64,000 nucleotides of DNA, taken from the NCBI GenBank assembly GCA_965116925.1, contig OZ220744.1, positions 2,400,001-2,464,000 on the forward strand, given 5' to 3'. The notes beneath the pieces were generated by a model. The model searched no databases, was not told the origin of the DNA, and was given only the letters and a program-made list of their open reading frames with translations. This document shows positions 47,289 to 57,183 of this stretch, one piece after another (position 1 is the first letter of the stretch; each line of letters opens with the position of its first letter). The translations under genes and the position numbers were made by a program. The DNA comes from Candidatus Poribacteria bacterium. Lineage in GTDB: Bacteria > Poribacteria > WGA-4E > PCPOR2b.

Positions 47289-49607
47289 TTAAAATCGGTT
47301 ATCAAGGCTGACAATCACGTTGAATCCCGGTGCATTGATGCCGGAGCCGTGCTCACGATAGCGCTTATCAAGGAGGTTTTCAAGGGCGAGGGTGAGTCGA
47401 TTGTATTGGGTCACCTGAACACCGCCGCGCAGGTTAAACGTTACCCAACCCGGTGAGCCTTCACCAATGGCTGCACCGTTGGCATCAAACTCAACTTCAC
47501 CTGTGTCGCGGGTGGTTCCTGGAATCCGCGGATCTCGAATATCGCTCCGATTTAAGCGTCTCTGCTCGGTTGCACCACGAACGAAGCATTCCGCCCAAAA
47601 TCGTTGAGCAGGTGGCTCCCAGCGTAGACCGATCATGCCGTTGAGAGGTGGTTCGCGACGGATTCGTTCTTCCCACGGCTTGTGGGGATCCGGTGCTGCG
47701 CCGTTGATGGTCAGTACTTTTCCACGCGTGAACATCGCATTACCGTAGAGCGATAAACCACTTTGAATCGGAATCGGAACCGTTCCAGCAAACTCAACAC
47801 CTTGGATTTGCACTTCATCCACGTTGTCAAATACATAGACATCAACGCCCGGATTGTTTTTCTGGATTTCCTGAATCAGGCTTGGAAGCGGTTGGTCTCC
47901 GTAAGCATCTTCGACGGGAACGCGGGTGACCAGATCGCTAACGCGACCATGGAAAAGGATCAGTGAACCGATAAACCATGGATAACGCGCCTTAAAACCA
48001 CCTTCCGCTGTCCATCCTCGCTCCGATTTGAGGTCTGGCGAAGGGGAATCGATACCTTCATTGGTGACTTCGACAGCGGTTGTATCGTTCAAAGAAGGCG
48101 CGCGGAACGATGTGGCGAAATTACTGACAACATTCAGCCCGTCGGTGACGCTTGCGACTAGACCTGCGCTGTAGGTCAATGCGTTACCAGATTCATTAAA
48201 ATTATCGAACTGATCGGAACGCACCGAGAGATCTGCGTTTGTGTTGTAAAGTGTATATCGTCCACCGAGCGTCAGTTCAAGGCGTTCGTGCAGTTCAATT
48301 TCGTCCTGAACGTAAAGGTTTGCGTCCCAGAATTGCGATCCGTCGATGAACCTACCCTTTGTGTCGTCCACCTTTTCAGTCCCGGTCTTGATATCGGTTT
48401 TGATTGTTTGGCTTGAAACGGTATCGAAGTAGAATTCCCCGCCTGCGACGACACGCTGCTTTGGCATTGACGAATTGACCGCTTGTGCACTAAGCCCCAA
48501 TGTATTGACGGTATCGAACCGTTCACGGCGTTCCGTTGTATCGCGTAGGAGCTCGTTTCGTCCCTCTTTTTGCCGATGAAATGAAGTAGTGCATCGAATC
48601 TGGTCAATCGCCGCGGTTGCCGGTTTGGAGAGGTAGGTGGCGTAAAATAGGTCTCGGTCTTGTGGTTGAAAGAAAAACTCGTCAAACTCGCGCGGTGCAA
48701 TCTTGTCGTAACGCGGTGTTTGCGGTTGTCGCCAAAGTTGGTAGGCGAGGTTGACCCTGCTGGTGTCATTGAGTTTGTAAGCGAGTTTAGCGTCGCCATC
48801 ATAGGCATTCCAACCGAGTGGGCCTTCGGAATCAACCAGCCAACGTTCGGGGACATTTTTGGGGGGACCATCAGAGACTTGCACACCCGCTGGTTTGTCG
48901 GTGACAATCTCAAATTTTCGGTTCTTGTAGTGTAGGTCGTAGCCGCTGCCCGGATTGATATTACCAAACCATCGTGCCGAGGCACCGATCGAAAACCCAA
49001 GTTGCTTTTGGCTTCCGATTACCTCAAGGCGTCCGAGTCGCTCGGCACTCCCCGAAGCGAATCGAGTGAAGGCACGGGACTGGATGTTCCAATGGTCTGT
49101 TGCGTTATCAGGAATGGCGTCTTTGGTGAACATGCTGATAACCCCGCCCATAGCACCGCTGCCGTATAGCATCGAACCGGCACCGCGTAACACCTCAATC
49201 CGATCGAGACTATCCGGGCTAGTTGTTGCCAGATATTGATTGGGCCCGGAGCGGAAGGTGGAATTGTTGAGTCGGACACCATCAATCGCAAGGAAGGCTT
49301 GATAGCCGGTAAGTCCCCGCAGCAGCGGTGAACCTTGTCCGACCGTTGTTTGCTGTGCCCAGACTCCCTCTGTTTCGCGTAGGATTCGGGGTGTTGTTGG
49401 GGCATTCATACGCTCAATCTGCTCTCTGTCAATGACGGAGACTGCGTTCGGTGTTCGGAATGTGTCTTTTACGACGCGGGTGATGACAGTGACTTCCTCA
49501 AGTTCAACGATCGAGGACTCTGACCCGTCTTCTTGAGCATAAGCAAGGTTGATACTAATTAGGAAAAGACTCAAACATACCCACGGGTGTTTCGGCTTCC
49601 GTTTCAT
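47289..49607 (-). CDS. TonB-dependent receptor (hemoglobin/transferrin/lactoferrin receptor-like)
   Basis: LEEVTV TonB box, LLRG...IDGVRLNNSTFRSGPNQY, RIEVLRGAGSMLYGSGAMGGVI, FRAP, ENLLDKRY, terminal Phe; GAGGAGG RBS. Confidence 0.92.
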   Translation of the reverse strand: MKRKPKHPWVCLSLFLISINLAYAQEDGSESSIVELEEVTVITRVVKDTFRTPNAVSVIDREQIERMNAPTTPRILRETEGVWAQQTTVGQGSPLLRGLTGYQAFLAIDGVRLNNSTFRSGPNQYLATTSPDSLDRIEVLRGAGSMLYGSGAMGGVISMFTKDAIPDNATDHWNIQSRAFTRFASGSAERLGRLEVIGSQKQLGFSIGASARWFGNINPGSGYDLHYKNRKFEIVTDKPAGVQVSDGPPKNVPERWLVDSEGPLGWNAYDGDAKLAYKLNDTSRVNLAYQLWRQPQTPRYDKIAPREFDEFFFQPQDRDLFYATYLSKPATAAIDQIRCTTSFHRQKEGRNELLRDTTERRERFDTVNTLGLSAQAVNSSMPKQRVVAGGEFYFDTVSSQTIKTDIKTGTEKVDDTKGRFIDGSQFWDANLYVQDEIELHERLELTLGGRYTLYNTNADLSVRSDQFDNFNESGNALTYSAGLVASVTDGLNVVSNFATSFRAPSLNDTTAVEVTNEGIDSPSPDLKSERGWTAEGGFKARYPWFIGSLILFHGRVSDLVTRVPVEDAYGDQPLPSLIQEIQKNNPGVDVYVFDNVDEVQIQGVEFAGTVPIPIQSGLSLYGNAMFTRGKVLTINGAAPDPHKPWEERIRREPPLNGMIGLRWEPPAQRFWAECFVRGATEQRRLNRSDIRDPRIPGTTRDTGEVEFDANGAAIGEGSPGWVTFNLRGGVQVTQYNRLTLALENLLDKRYREHGSGINAPGFNVIVSLDNRF

Positions 49608-49675
49608 AAAATCCCTCCTCTTTTCAACATGGCTTTTGGATTATTGAATTTTTAAGACCGTGTGCTAGTTAAATG

Positions 49676-49690
49676 GCAATTTTTGTGCCA
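49676..49690 (-). promoter_or_regulatory. sigma-54 (-24/-12) promoter
   Basis: Minus strand TGGCAC-AAAAA-TTGC, exact consensus spacing, about 70 bp upstream of the receptor ATG. Confidence 0.8.
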
Positions 49691-49761
49691 AAGGAATTCG
49701 AGCCAGAGATTAAGTTTTTATGCGGGTTCCTTGTTGGTTTTGTCCGACGAGATACTGTCTA

Positions 49762-49800
49762 TTGTTCAATTTTTGAACAAGTCTGTTTTTCTTTTGGACA
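49762..49800. promoter_or_regulatory. Tandem candidate upstream activator sites
   Basis: TGT-N11-ACA at 49763-49779 (within palindrome TTGTTCAA-N3-TTGAACAA) and at 49784-49800, 21 bp apart. Confidence 0.6.
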
Positions 49801-49950
49801 GTTGCGTTTGCTATAGAAGCACGGGTTGATTTAAAGTATAATAGCAAGAGCGAGAAGTCGCTAATGCCTTCCGTGTGTTTTTGAGGAAATAAGGCGTAAT
49901 ATCCAACGCGTAAAAAAGATGGCTACGATGTATCGCGATGCCAAATTAGG

Positions 49951-49980
49951 TTGACATATTCCTCAACCTAGTGGCACAAT
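49951..49980 (+). promoter_or_regulatory. sigma-70 promoter for the large propeller gene
   Basis: TTGACA-18 bp-CACAAT with extended TG. Confidence 0.55.
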
Positions 49981-50047
49981 AACTACAAAATCACTCTTAG
50001 GCGAAAGAAAGGTTGTTGAAATAATGAAGCAAGCAGGTCCGCACAGG

Positions 50048-53000
50048 ATGAAAACCGCTGTATGTTCCCTATTGTTATTACCATTGGTTATGATGGTAGG
50101 GTGCACAACATTAGTCCCCGATGATCCTAATATTCCGCTGGAAGATTTCGGTTCGGGTTCTCGTGCTGAAAAGACGTGGCGGGTGGACCGGAAGCTCGTC
50201 AGTAACGAGGTCAACTGTATTGCTGCTGATGCACACAATGTGTGGTTTGCAACGCAAGCCGGTGTTTCGCGTTGGGATCGAGGCCAAGATCAATGGTTCC
50301 ACTACACAATGGAAGATGGACTGTCGAACGATGTGGTAAACGCTGTCGCAATTGATGGGCAGTGGGTTTGGTTCGCCACGGAGGAGGGGGTGAGTCGCTA
50401 CGACACGGAGACGCACACCTTTTCGACCTACCGTACCATTGATGGGTTGGCGAGCGATCGGGTGTCGTCCATTGCGGTGGACGGGAACTATGTTTGGTTT
50501 GGAACATCTAACGGGTTAAATCGTTACGACAAAACCATTGACAGTTGGGCGGTGCGTACCCGTAAGGATGGTCTGGTCAGCAAGGTGATTACAACGATTG
50601 CGGTTGAACCAGAGTATGTGTGGGTCGGCACGGATAAGGAGATAAATCCGGATCCCCACGGCTGGGAGGATGACCCTCGGTTCAGCAAAGGTGGGGTGAG
50701 CCGATACCATCGAGACACCGATTCTTGGAATAATTATAAAAAATCAGATGGCTTGATAGACAATGAGATCGCTACCATTGCGGTGGATGAGAATAGTGTT
50801 TGGTTTGGAACGCAGGACGAAGGCGTGAGTCAGTACAATCAGGTTGATCAGGCTTTCATCAAAACATTTACGAAGACCGACCTGCTCAAGAGCAATATGA
50901 TATCTTGTATCCGTGCGGATGGGTTTCAAGTATGGTTTGGTACTGCGAATGCCGGTGTGCATCGTTTCATCAAGCCGGTGAACACTTGGGTGCATTACAC
51001 CAAAACGGATGGACTGGCAAGTAATCATGTGAGTTGGATCGCGACACAAGGAAATGATGTTTGGTTTGCAAGCAAAGAGGATGGGGTGAGCCGCTTTGAT
51101 AAGGTAACCGGTGAGTGGACGCTCTATAAGCAGGCAGATTTTCTTGCGGATAACGATGTTCGGGATATAACACGCGATGCGGAGGGCAATCTTTGGCTGG
51201 CGACGGTATCGGGAATTTCGATTTACGATCCCCGAACGCGCAGTTGGGAAATCATCTCTAAAGAGGATGGTCTTCCGAGCCCGTATATTACGAGGATAGA
51301 TGTTGCGTCTCAATCGACTGAGTCGGGGCAAAGCGAAATAATCGAAATCATGAACGGTGGGATGACTGGTGCACAGGTCTGGATCGGTACAGATCGAGGA
51401 CTAGGCACACGCCCTTGCTCCGGCGGCGAATGGGCGTTTTATTCTCCTCTCCGATCCGAGACAGATGGGGAGGCTTTTGTGACGGCAGTCGATGCCGACG
51501 AAGATATGCTCTGGCTCGGTACAAGTTCAGGCCCCGCCATATATGACACAACTTCTCAAGAGTGGACACATCTTGAAACACCGGGTGCTAAGTCGAATGC
51601 GATTGTGTTATCTGTACTTGTCCAGGATGGAATGGTCTGGTTTGGTGGGGCGGCGGGTGTTTGGCGATATTCGATTGCGGATAAGAAGATGCATCATGCT
51701 GCTGAGGGGCTTCCTGACACCTACGTTAATGTGCTACTTTCCGCAGAAGGTATCCTTTGGGCGGGGACACGCCAAGGAGTTGCACGATATGATGTTGCTC
51801 AGGGGCATTGGGTGCCGCTATCGTTTAACGAACAGTTGCCTGTTTCCAATGTTACGGCACTCGATTTCCGAGATGGCATCCTCTGGATAGGCACACCGCA
51901 AGGTTTGGGCAATTATTCGATTGCTTCGGAGGCATGGGGTCTTATCTCGGATGTGCCGTACAGCATTCGGGACATCCTGTGTGATGTGGAAGAAACGCTT
52001 TGGTTAGCGACATCGGTCGGTCTTGTCGAATATCACCCTTCAGATGGAGGCAAAGTGCTGCATCAATCGCGTCCGGTACGGGAGCCGTTTCTTGAAACGA
52101 AGGTGTCAAATATCAAATTTGATGGGGATTACATCTGGTTCAACAACTGGGCTGCTTCACCGAACGGTGGGATTTTACGGTTTCATCGTCCCACGGGAGC
52201 ATGGCAGCGTTTTACGCGCTTGGATATTCTCCAGTCAACTCAGAAAAGGTCGATGACCACAGTGCGTTGGAGCTATGTGGATACAGATGCAGTCTGGTTC
52301 ACGACGGACTACGGCGTTCTACGGTACGACAAAATGGCGGATACGTGGCAACATTTTACGATAGAGGACGGTCTTTCTACGAACGATGCGGACAAGATTG
52401 CTGTGAGCGAACACAGCGTGTGGGTGATTCCGATGATCGGTGTCGAATTAAGCCATTATAGTAAAAAGACTGGAAAATGGAATGTGATTGCTCATGGAAA
52501 AGAGATGCAGATTGAGCGGTTGAACGCGTTAGCGGTTGATGGGGCGGAGGTCTGGTTCGGTTCGGGACGTGGGCTTCATCGTTACAATGAATTTACCGGT
52601 GAATGGCGTGATTTCACGCCGAGAGACGGACTAGCGGGTAGGGGTGCTGAGTGGATTACCGCGGATGAGGATTTCATCTGGGTAGCGCGTTCGGAGTGGG
52701 ATAGAGACAGTAATCGTCCGCTGTCACGATACAATAAAAAAACGAAAAAATGGGATACATTTTCAACGAGTGACGTGCTCGCTTCAGATACGATTAGACG
52801 AATTATTGCGACAAAGGACGACGTTTGGATACTCTACAGACCTTGGACAAAGAAGGGGGTCACCCGATACGATAGGCGTACCGGAGAGTGGACGACAATC
52901 AAGTCGGGGCAGGGCACGCTTGAGTTAGCTGTGGACGATGACTACCTCTGGTTAGCTGTGCCCAATAATGGACTCCGGCGATTTCACTTTGCATCTGGTA

Positions 53001-54172
53001 CTTGGACGGTATTCCGGGATCTGAAAGGAATGCTGCATAACCATGTAGATGAGTATGGGCTTGCGGTTGACGATCGATATGTATGGGTGGGCACGTTGCG
53101 CGGGCTTTCTCGCTATGACAAACAGAGGGAATCTTGGACCCCCTTTACCGCGATGCCAACCCTTTCTGGACGCACCATCCGGACGGTGGATACAGACGAG
53201 CGTTTTGTCTGGGTCGGTACTGACAACGGTTTGTCTCGTTACGATAAGGAATTGGGCACCTGGAAGCAATATCAACAGGAGGGTGGTTCCGAAGAGATTG
53301 CCACCCACGGTGGCCATTGGCACCGATGGCGTCCCAAAAGGAAAGATACACTGTCCGATAATTCGGTGAGTTCGATTGTGGTTGATGCCCAGTACGTCTG
53401 GGTCGGCACCCGAGATGGAGCGAACCGTTTTGATAAGCTCGCCCTACGCTGGGATCAGTACAAAACCGGGCATGGGTTGCCTGCTAATAATGTGACTTCT
53501 GTCAGTAACGATGGCAATAATATTTGGGTTGGCACAAACTCTGGGATTGGCAAGTATCCCCGAACCGCGGATGACCTCAACGCTTGGATTGCTTATACCT
53601 CCGGCACGGAGATTCAACCCGCCTCTGTCTCAAAAGAGTTTGCGGAGTCGTTGGTTACGGATGAGATCTGGTGTATCGCTAGCAGCAAGAAAAATGTTTG
53701 GGTCGGTACGCGACGGGGTGTGAGCAGATACGATATCGGTAAGGACACGTGGAAAACTATCACAACCGAAGATGGCTTGACGAGTGATGAAATCAGTTGT
53801 ATTGCTATTGATGGGGAGCGTGTTTGGTTCGGCACAGATCGGGGTGCGACTGTCTACAATGAGGAAACAGAGGCTTGGACTTCCTATACAACAGAAGATG
53901 GATTAGCTAGCAACAAGGTAACTTCGATTGATGTTGATGGTACAGAGGTGTGGATTGGGACGTATAATGCAGGAGTAAGCCGCTTCGATCCGTCAGTAAA
54001 TAGCTGGCTAACTTATACGCGAGAGGAGGGCTTGGCTCATAATGGGATTCTGTCTATCTCAGTAGGAAATACTTATGTGTGGTTCGGGACCTATCGTGGC
54101 TTGAGCCGTTTTGACAAACATACGGGCATCTGGACAACCTTCACAGAATCCTACGGACCTGAGGATCTTTGA
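50048..54172 (+). CDS. Large multi-beta-propeller (two-component regulator propeller-like repeat) lipoprotein, no signalling domain
   Basis: Lipobox MVGC; many repeats of DGL.S..V..IAVDG..VWFGT..G.SRYD. Confidence 0.85.
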   Translation: MKTAVCSLLLLPLVMMVGCTTLVPDDPNIPLEDFGSGSRAEKTWRVDRKLVSNEVNCIAADAHNVWFATQAGVSRWDRGQDQWFHYTMEDGLSNDVVNAVAIDGQWVWFATEEGVSRYDTETHTFSTYRTIDGLASDRVSSIAVDGNYVWFGTSNGLNRYDKTIDSWAVRTRKDGLVSKVITTIAVEPEYVWVGTDKEINPDPHGWEDDPRFSKGGVSRYHRDTDSWNNYKKSDGLIDNEIATIAVDENSVWFGTQDEGVSQYNQVDQAFIKTFTKTDLLKSNMISCIRADGFQVWFGTANAGVHRFIKPVNTWVHYTKTDGLASNHVSWIATQGNDVWFASKEDGVSRFDKVTGEWTLYKQADFLADNDVRDITRDAEGNLWLATVSGISIYDPRTRSWEIISKEDGLPSPYITRIDVASQSTESGQSEIIEIMNGGMTGAQVWIGTDRGLGTRPCSGGEWAFYSPLRSETDGEAFVTAVDADEDMLWLGTSSGPAIYDTTSQEWTHLETPGAKSNAIVLSVLVQDGMVWFGGAAGVWRYSIADKKMHHAAEGLPDTYVNVLLSAEGILWAGTRQGVARYDVAQGHWVPLSFNEQLPVSNVTALDFRDGILWIGTPQGLGNYSIASEAWGLISDVPYSIRDILCDVEETLWLATSVGLVEYHPSDGGKVLHQSRPVREPFLETKVSNIKFDGDYIWFNNWAASPNGGILRFHRPTGAWQRFTRLDILQSTQKRSMTTVRWSYVDTDAVWFTTDYGVLRYDKMADTWQHFTIEDGLSTNDADKIAVSEHSVWVIPMIGVELSHYSKKTGKWNVIAHGKEMQIERLNALAVDGAEVWFGSGRGLHRYNEFTGEWRDFTPRDGLAGRGAEWITADEDFIWVARSEWDRDSNRPLSRYNKKTKKWDTFSTSDVLASDTIRRIIATKDDVWILYRPWTKKGVTRYDRRTGEWTTIKSGQGTLELAVDDDYLWLAVPNNGLRRFHFASGTWTVFRDLKGMLHNHVDEYGLAVDDRYVWVGTLRGLSRYDKQRESWTPFTAMPTLSGRTIRTVDTDERFVWVGTDNGLSRYDKELGTWKQYQQEGGSEEIATHGGHWHRWRPKRKDTLSDNSVSSIVVDAQYVWVGTRDGANRFDKLALRWDQYKTGHGLPANNVTSVSNDGNNIWVGTNSGIGKYPRTADDLNAWIAYTSGTEIQPASVSKEFAESLVTDEIWCIASSKKNVWVGTRRGVSRYDIGKDTWKTITTEDGLTSDEISCIAIDGERVWFGTDRGATVYNEETEAWTSYTTEDGLASNKVTSIDVDGTEVWIGTYNAGVSRFDPSVNSWLTYTREEGLAHNGILSISVGNTYVWFGTYRGLSRFDKHTGIWTTFTESYGPEDL

Positions 54173-54297
54173 GTCGGAGGGATTAGAAGTTTTTCTAGTG
54201 AAATCTGATTTATTTTTTTATTTTATAGGTGTACTTTACTTTTTCTAACCCATTCACTTTATGCAGACTTTCTTAGGCTAAAGGAGAATTCATTTTA

Positions 54298-56571
54298 ATG
54301 TTTTCAAATGTGGCGCAACAGTCTGGGTTGACCTCCAGCAGCGGTGTCTTACATTCCCAAAACGGGCACGGCTTTGGCACTTCACCTGTTTTTCTTACTT
54401 CAATCTGTACAATTCTTGGTGCAATTCTTTTCTTGCGGTTTGGCTACGCTGTCGGTCATGTAGGACTATGGGGCAGCTTGGCAATCATAGCCCTTGGGCA
54501 TCTGGTGACTATTCCTACAGTGTTAGCGGTGTCCGAGATTGCGACGAACCGCCGCGTGGCGGGCGGCGGTGCGTACTACATTGTCAGCCGTTCCTTTGGT
54601 CCGACCATCGGCGGTACAATTGGGATCGCCCTATATCTTGCCCAAGCGATTTCGATTGCTTTCTATATGGTTGCGTTTGCGGAAGCTTTGGAGCCCGTTT
54701 ATCAATGGGTGGCTGCCACATACGAATTAAAACTTGATCGCCGCTGGGTGAGTCTTACCTGTACACTTCTCCTTATCGCTCTGATGCTGACTAAAGGTGC
54801 AAATCTGGGTGTGTGGGGATTGTGGGGTGTCGGCGCAATCCTAGCAGCCTCAATCGGTGCGTTCCTTTTGGGGACGGGCCCCGAGGATATACGACCGGAA
54901 GGATTGAACATCACGGCACGGATCGAAGGGGGTGATAGCTTCGGCACGGTTTTCGCCATCTGCTTTCCCGCCTTCACGGGTATGATTGCGGGGCTTGGCT
55001 TATCCGGGGACCTAAGGAACCCTCAGCGGAGCATCCCACTTGGTACAATCGGAGCGACAATCGCGGGCATGGTGATATACGCGCTCGTCGCTGTCAAGCT
55101 TGCCCAGAGTGCCACGCCTGAAGAACTCGCCGCCAATCAGTTTGTTATGGCGAAGATTGCCCTGTGGGGTCCTGCAATCTACGTTGGGTTGGGCGGAGCT
55201 GCCCTGTCGTCCGCCCTCGGCTCAATCTTAGTCGCGCCCAGAACGCTCCAGATGCTTGGTCGTGACAATGTTTTGCCGTTTTTTCAGTTGAACCGTCTGA
55301 TGGAAAAAGGGGTAGGGCAGACACAGGAGCCGGTGTACGCGACCTGTGTGTCGGGTGCCATCGCGATTGTGTTCGTAGTGGCTGGTGATGTGGACTTTAT
55401 CGCTCGAATCCTCACCATGTTCTTTATTGTGACATACGGCGTTCTGTGTGCGGTATCATTCCTTGAGCACTTCGCAGGGAATCCGTCCTATCGTCCTACG
55501 TTTCATTCCCGTTGGTACTTATCGTTGGTTGGCACTGTGATGTGCGGCTTGATGATGATTCAGATAAATGTGCTGTATGCGTTTATCTCGATTTTTCTGA
55601 TGGTGGTAATCTACCTCGGACTCCGCCATAGCCACCAGGGACAGCGCGACTTGACGGCGATTTTCCAAGGAACGATGTTCCAACTAACTCGATGGTTGCA
55701 AATTACGCTACAGAGGAACCGTGGCATCTCCCCCGAAGGCGGGTGGCGTCCATCAATCGTTGCGGTAACCCAATTCGGCGAGCGCCGGCTTGGGCATTTT
55801 GATCTGCTCCGTTGGATTTGCCATCGGCACGGGTTTGGTCATTTCATCCAGTTCTTCCACGGCGATTACTCGTTTCTTGACGAGATTGAGGCTCGCATTT
55901 ACGTTGACGAGTTAATCCAACGGACAGAGGTTAGCAGGGCAGGTATCTTTGTTGATACCCTGATTTGCCCGACGTTCCAACTCGCAGTTGCACAGACGTT
56001 GCAGATGCCGGGGATTTCCGGTTTGCCAAACAATTCGATCCTCTTTGAGTTTGATCGGGAAAATATTGATGAGATTAATGATGTTGGACAGGGTGCTCGG
56101 CTCGCTATCAACTCAATGTTCAATGTCCTTATCTTGCGATCGACGAAATACCGATTTGGCTATCGATCTTCGATCCATGTGTGGGTGACCGAGGAGAACC
56201 TTATGAACGCTCCGATGATGCTGCTGCTAGCGTATATCATTGTAGGACACCCGGAATGGAGGCGTGCTGAGATTCAACTTTTTGCGTGCTTTGAATCCGA
56301 GGATGCTGAACGTGAGGCGGACCGGCTCTCAGCGTGGATGAGGGAAGGGCGCCTGCCGATTTCAGCACAGAACGTGACTTCTGTTTCGTGCAGCAATGGA
56401 GAGGCGTTGGAGGAAGAGGTGTCCCATTACTCTTCTCAAGCTGACTTGGTTATTGCGGGTTTAGTAGCGGAGGATCTCGAACCGGAGGCAGTGATCCAAG
56501 CCCTGCGGCGTTACGCGGGTGCGAACGATGTGCTCTTCGTCCATTCAATTGAGCGGATTGCAATTGATTAG
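54298..56571 (+). CDS. Cation-chloride cotransporter (SLC12/CCC-like, APC superfamily)
   Basis: ILGAILFLR, GGGAYYIVSRSFG, FPAFTG...SGDLRNPQRSIPLGT, PSYRPTF, WRPSI, soluble C-terminal domain. Confidence 0.85.
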   Translation: MFSNVAQQSGLTSSSGVLHSQNGHGFGTSPVFLTSICTILGAILFLRFGYAVGHVGLWGSLAIIALGHLVTIPTVLAVSEIATNRRVAGGGAYYIVSRSFGPTIGGTIGIALYLAQAISIAFYMVAFAEALEPVYQWVAATYELKLDRRWVSLTCTLLLIALMLTKGANLGVWGLWGVGAILAASIGAFLLGTGPEDIRPEGLNITARIEGGDSFGTVFAICFPAFTGMIAGLGLSGDLRNPQRSIPLGTIGATIAGMVIYALVAVKLAQSATPEELAANQFVMAKIALWGPAIYVGLGGAALSSALGSILVAPRTLQMLGRDNVLPFFQLNRLMEKGVGQTQEPVYATCVSGAIAIVFVVAGDVDFIARILTMFFIVTYGVLCAVSFLEHFAGNPSYRPTFHSRWYLSLVGTVMCGLMMIQINVLYAFISIFLMVVIYLGLRHSHQGQRDLTAIFQGTMFQLTRWLQITLQRNRGISPEGGWRPSIVAVTQFGERRLGHFDLLRWICHRHGFGHFIQFFHGDYSFLDEIEARIYVDELIQRTEVSRAGIFVDTLICPTFQLAVAQTLQMPGISGLPNNSILFEFDRENIDEINDVGQGARLAINSMFNVLILRSTKYRFGYRSSIHVWVTEENLMNAPMMLLLAYIIVGHPEWRRAEIQLFACFESEDAEREADRLSAWMREGRLPISAQNVTSVSCSNGEALEEEVSHYSSQADLVIAGLVAEDLEPEAVIQALRRYAGANDVLFVHSIERIAID

Positions 56572-56622
56572 ATGAGAGCATAATACGTAAGACGCCACGA
56601 CACGTTGGAAAGGATATAAACC

Positions 56623-57183
56623 GTGCAAGAGCGTGTGATACTTGTTGACCCTATGGACAGAGAAATCGGTACTGAAGAAAAGCTAAAGGCACATCGTGAG
56701 GGTAAGCTGCATCGCGCTTTTTCGGTTTTCGTTTTCAACACTTCAGGGGAATTGCTGCTTCAGAAACGTTCAGAGACAAAGTATCACTCCGGTGGGTTGT
56801 GGACGAATACTTGCTGCAGTCATCCACGCCCTGGTGAAAGTCATGATTGTGCAGCGAGACGACGACTCTATGAAGAAATGGGTTTTGATTGTGAATTGAC
56901 CGGGCTTTTCAGTTTTATCTATCATGCCAGACTGGAGAATAACCTATTTGAGCATGAATTAGACCATGTTTTTGTTGGACACTATGACGGTCAACCGGTG
57001 CCAAATTCTGACGAAGTTGATGATTGGAAATGGATGGACATTGACGGACTGAAGCGGGATATTGGAGAAAGCCCTGAGCATTATACGTGCTGGTTCAAAT
57101 TGATACTTAATCGTGTCGTCAAACAGTGCGAGGAAGTCATTTTCTTAAGATTTCAATTATTGGGAAGGAGAAAGGAGCAATGA
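56623..57183 (+). CDS. idi: Isopentenyl-diphosphate delta-isomerase, type 1
   Basis: LHRAFSVFVF, LLLQKRS, WTNTCCSHP, EHELDHVF. Confidence 0.95.
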   Translation: MQERVILVDPMDREIGTEEKLKAHREGKLHRAFSVFVFNTSGELLLQKRSETKYHSGGLWTNTCCSHPRPGESHDCAARRRLYEEMGFDCELTGLFSFIYHARLENNLFEHELDHVFVGHYDGQPVPNSDEVDDWKWMDIDGLKRDIGESPEHYTCWFKLILNRVVKQCEEVIFLRFQLLGRRKEQ

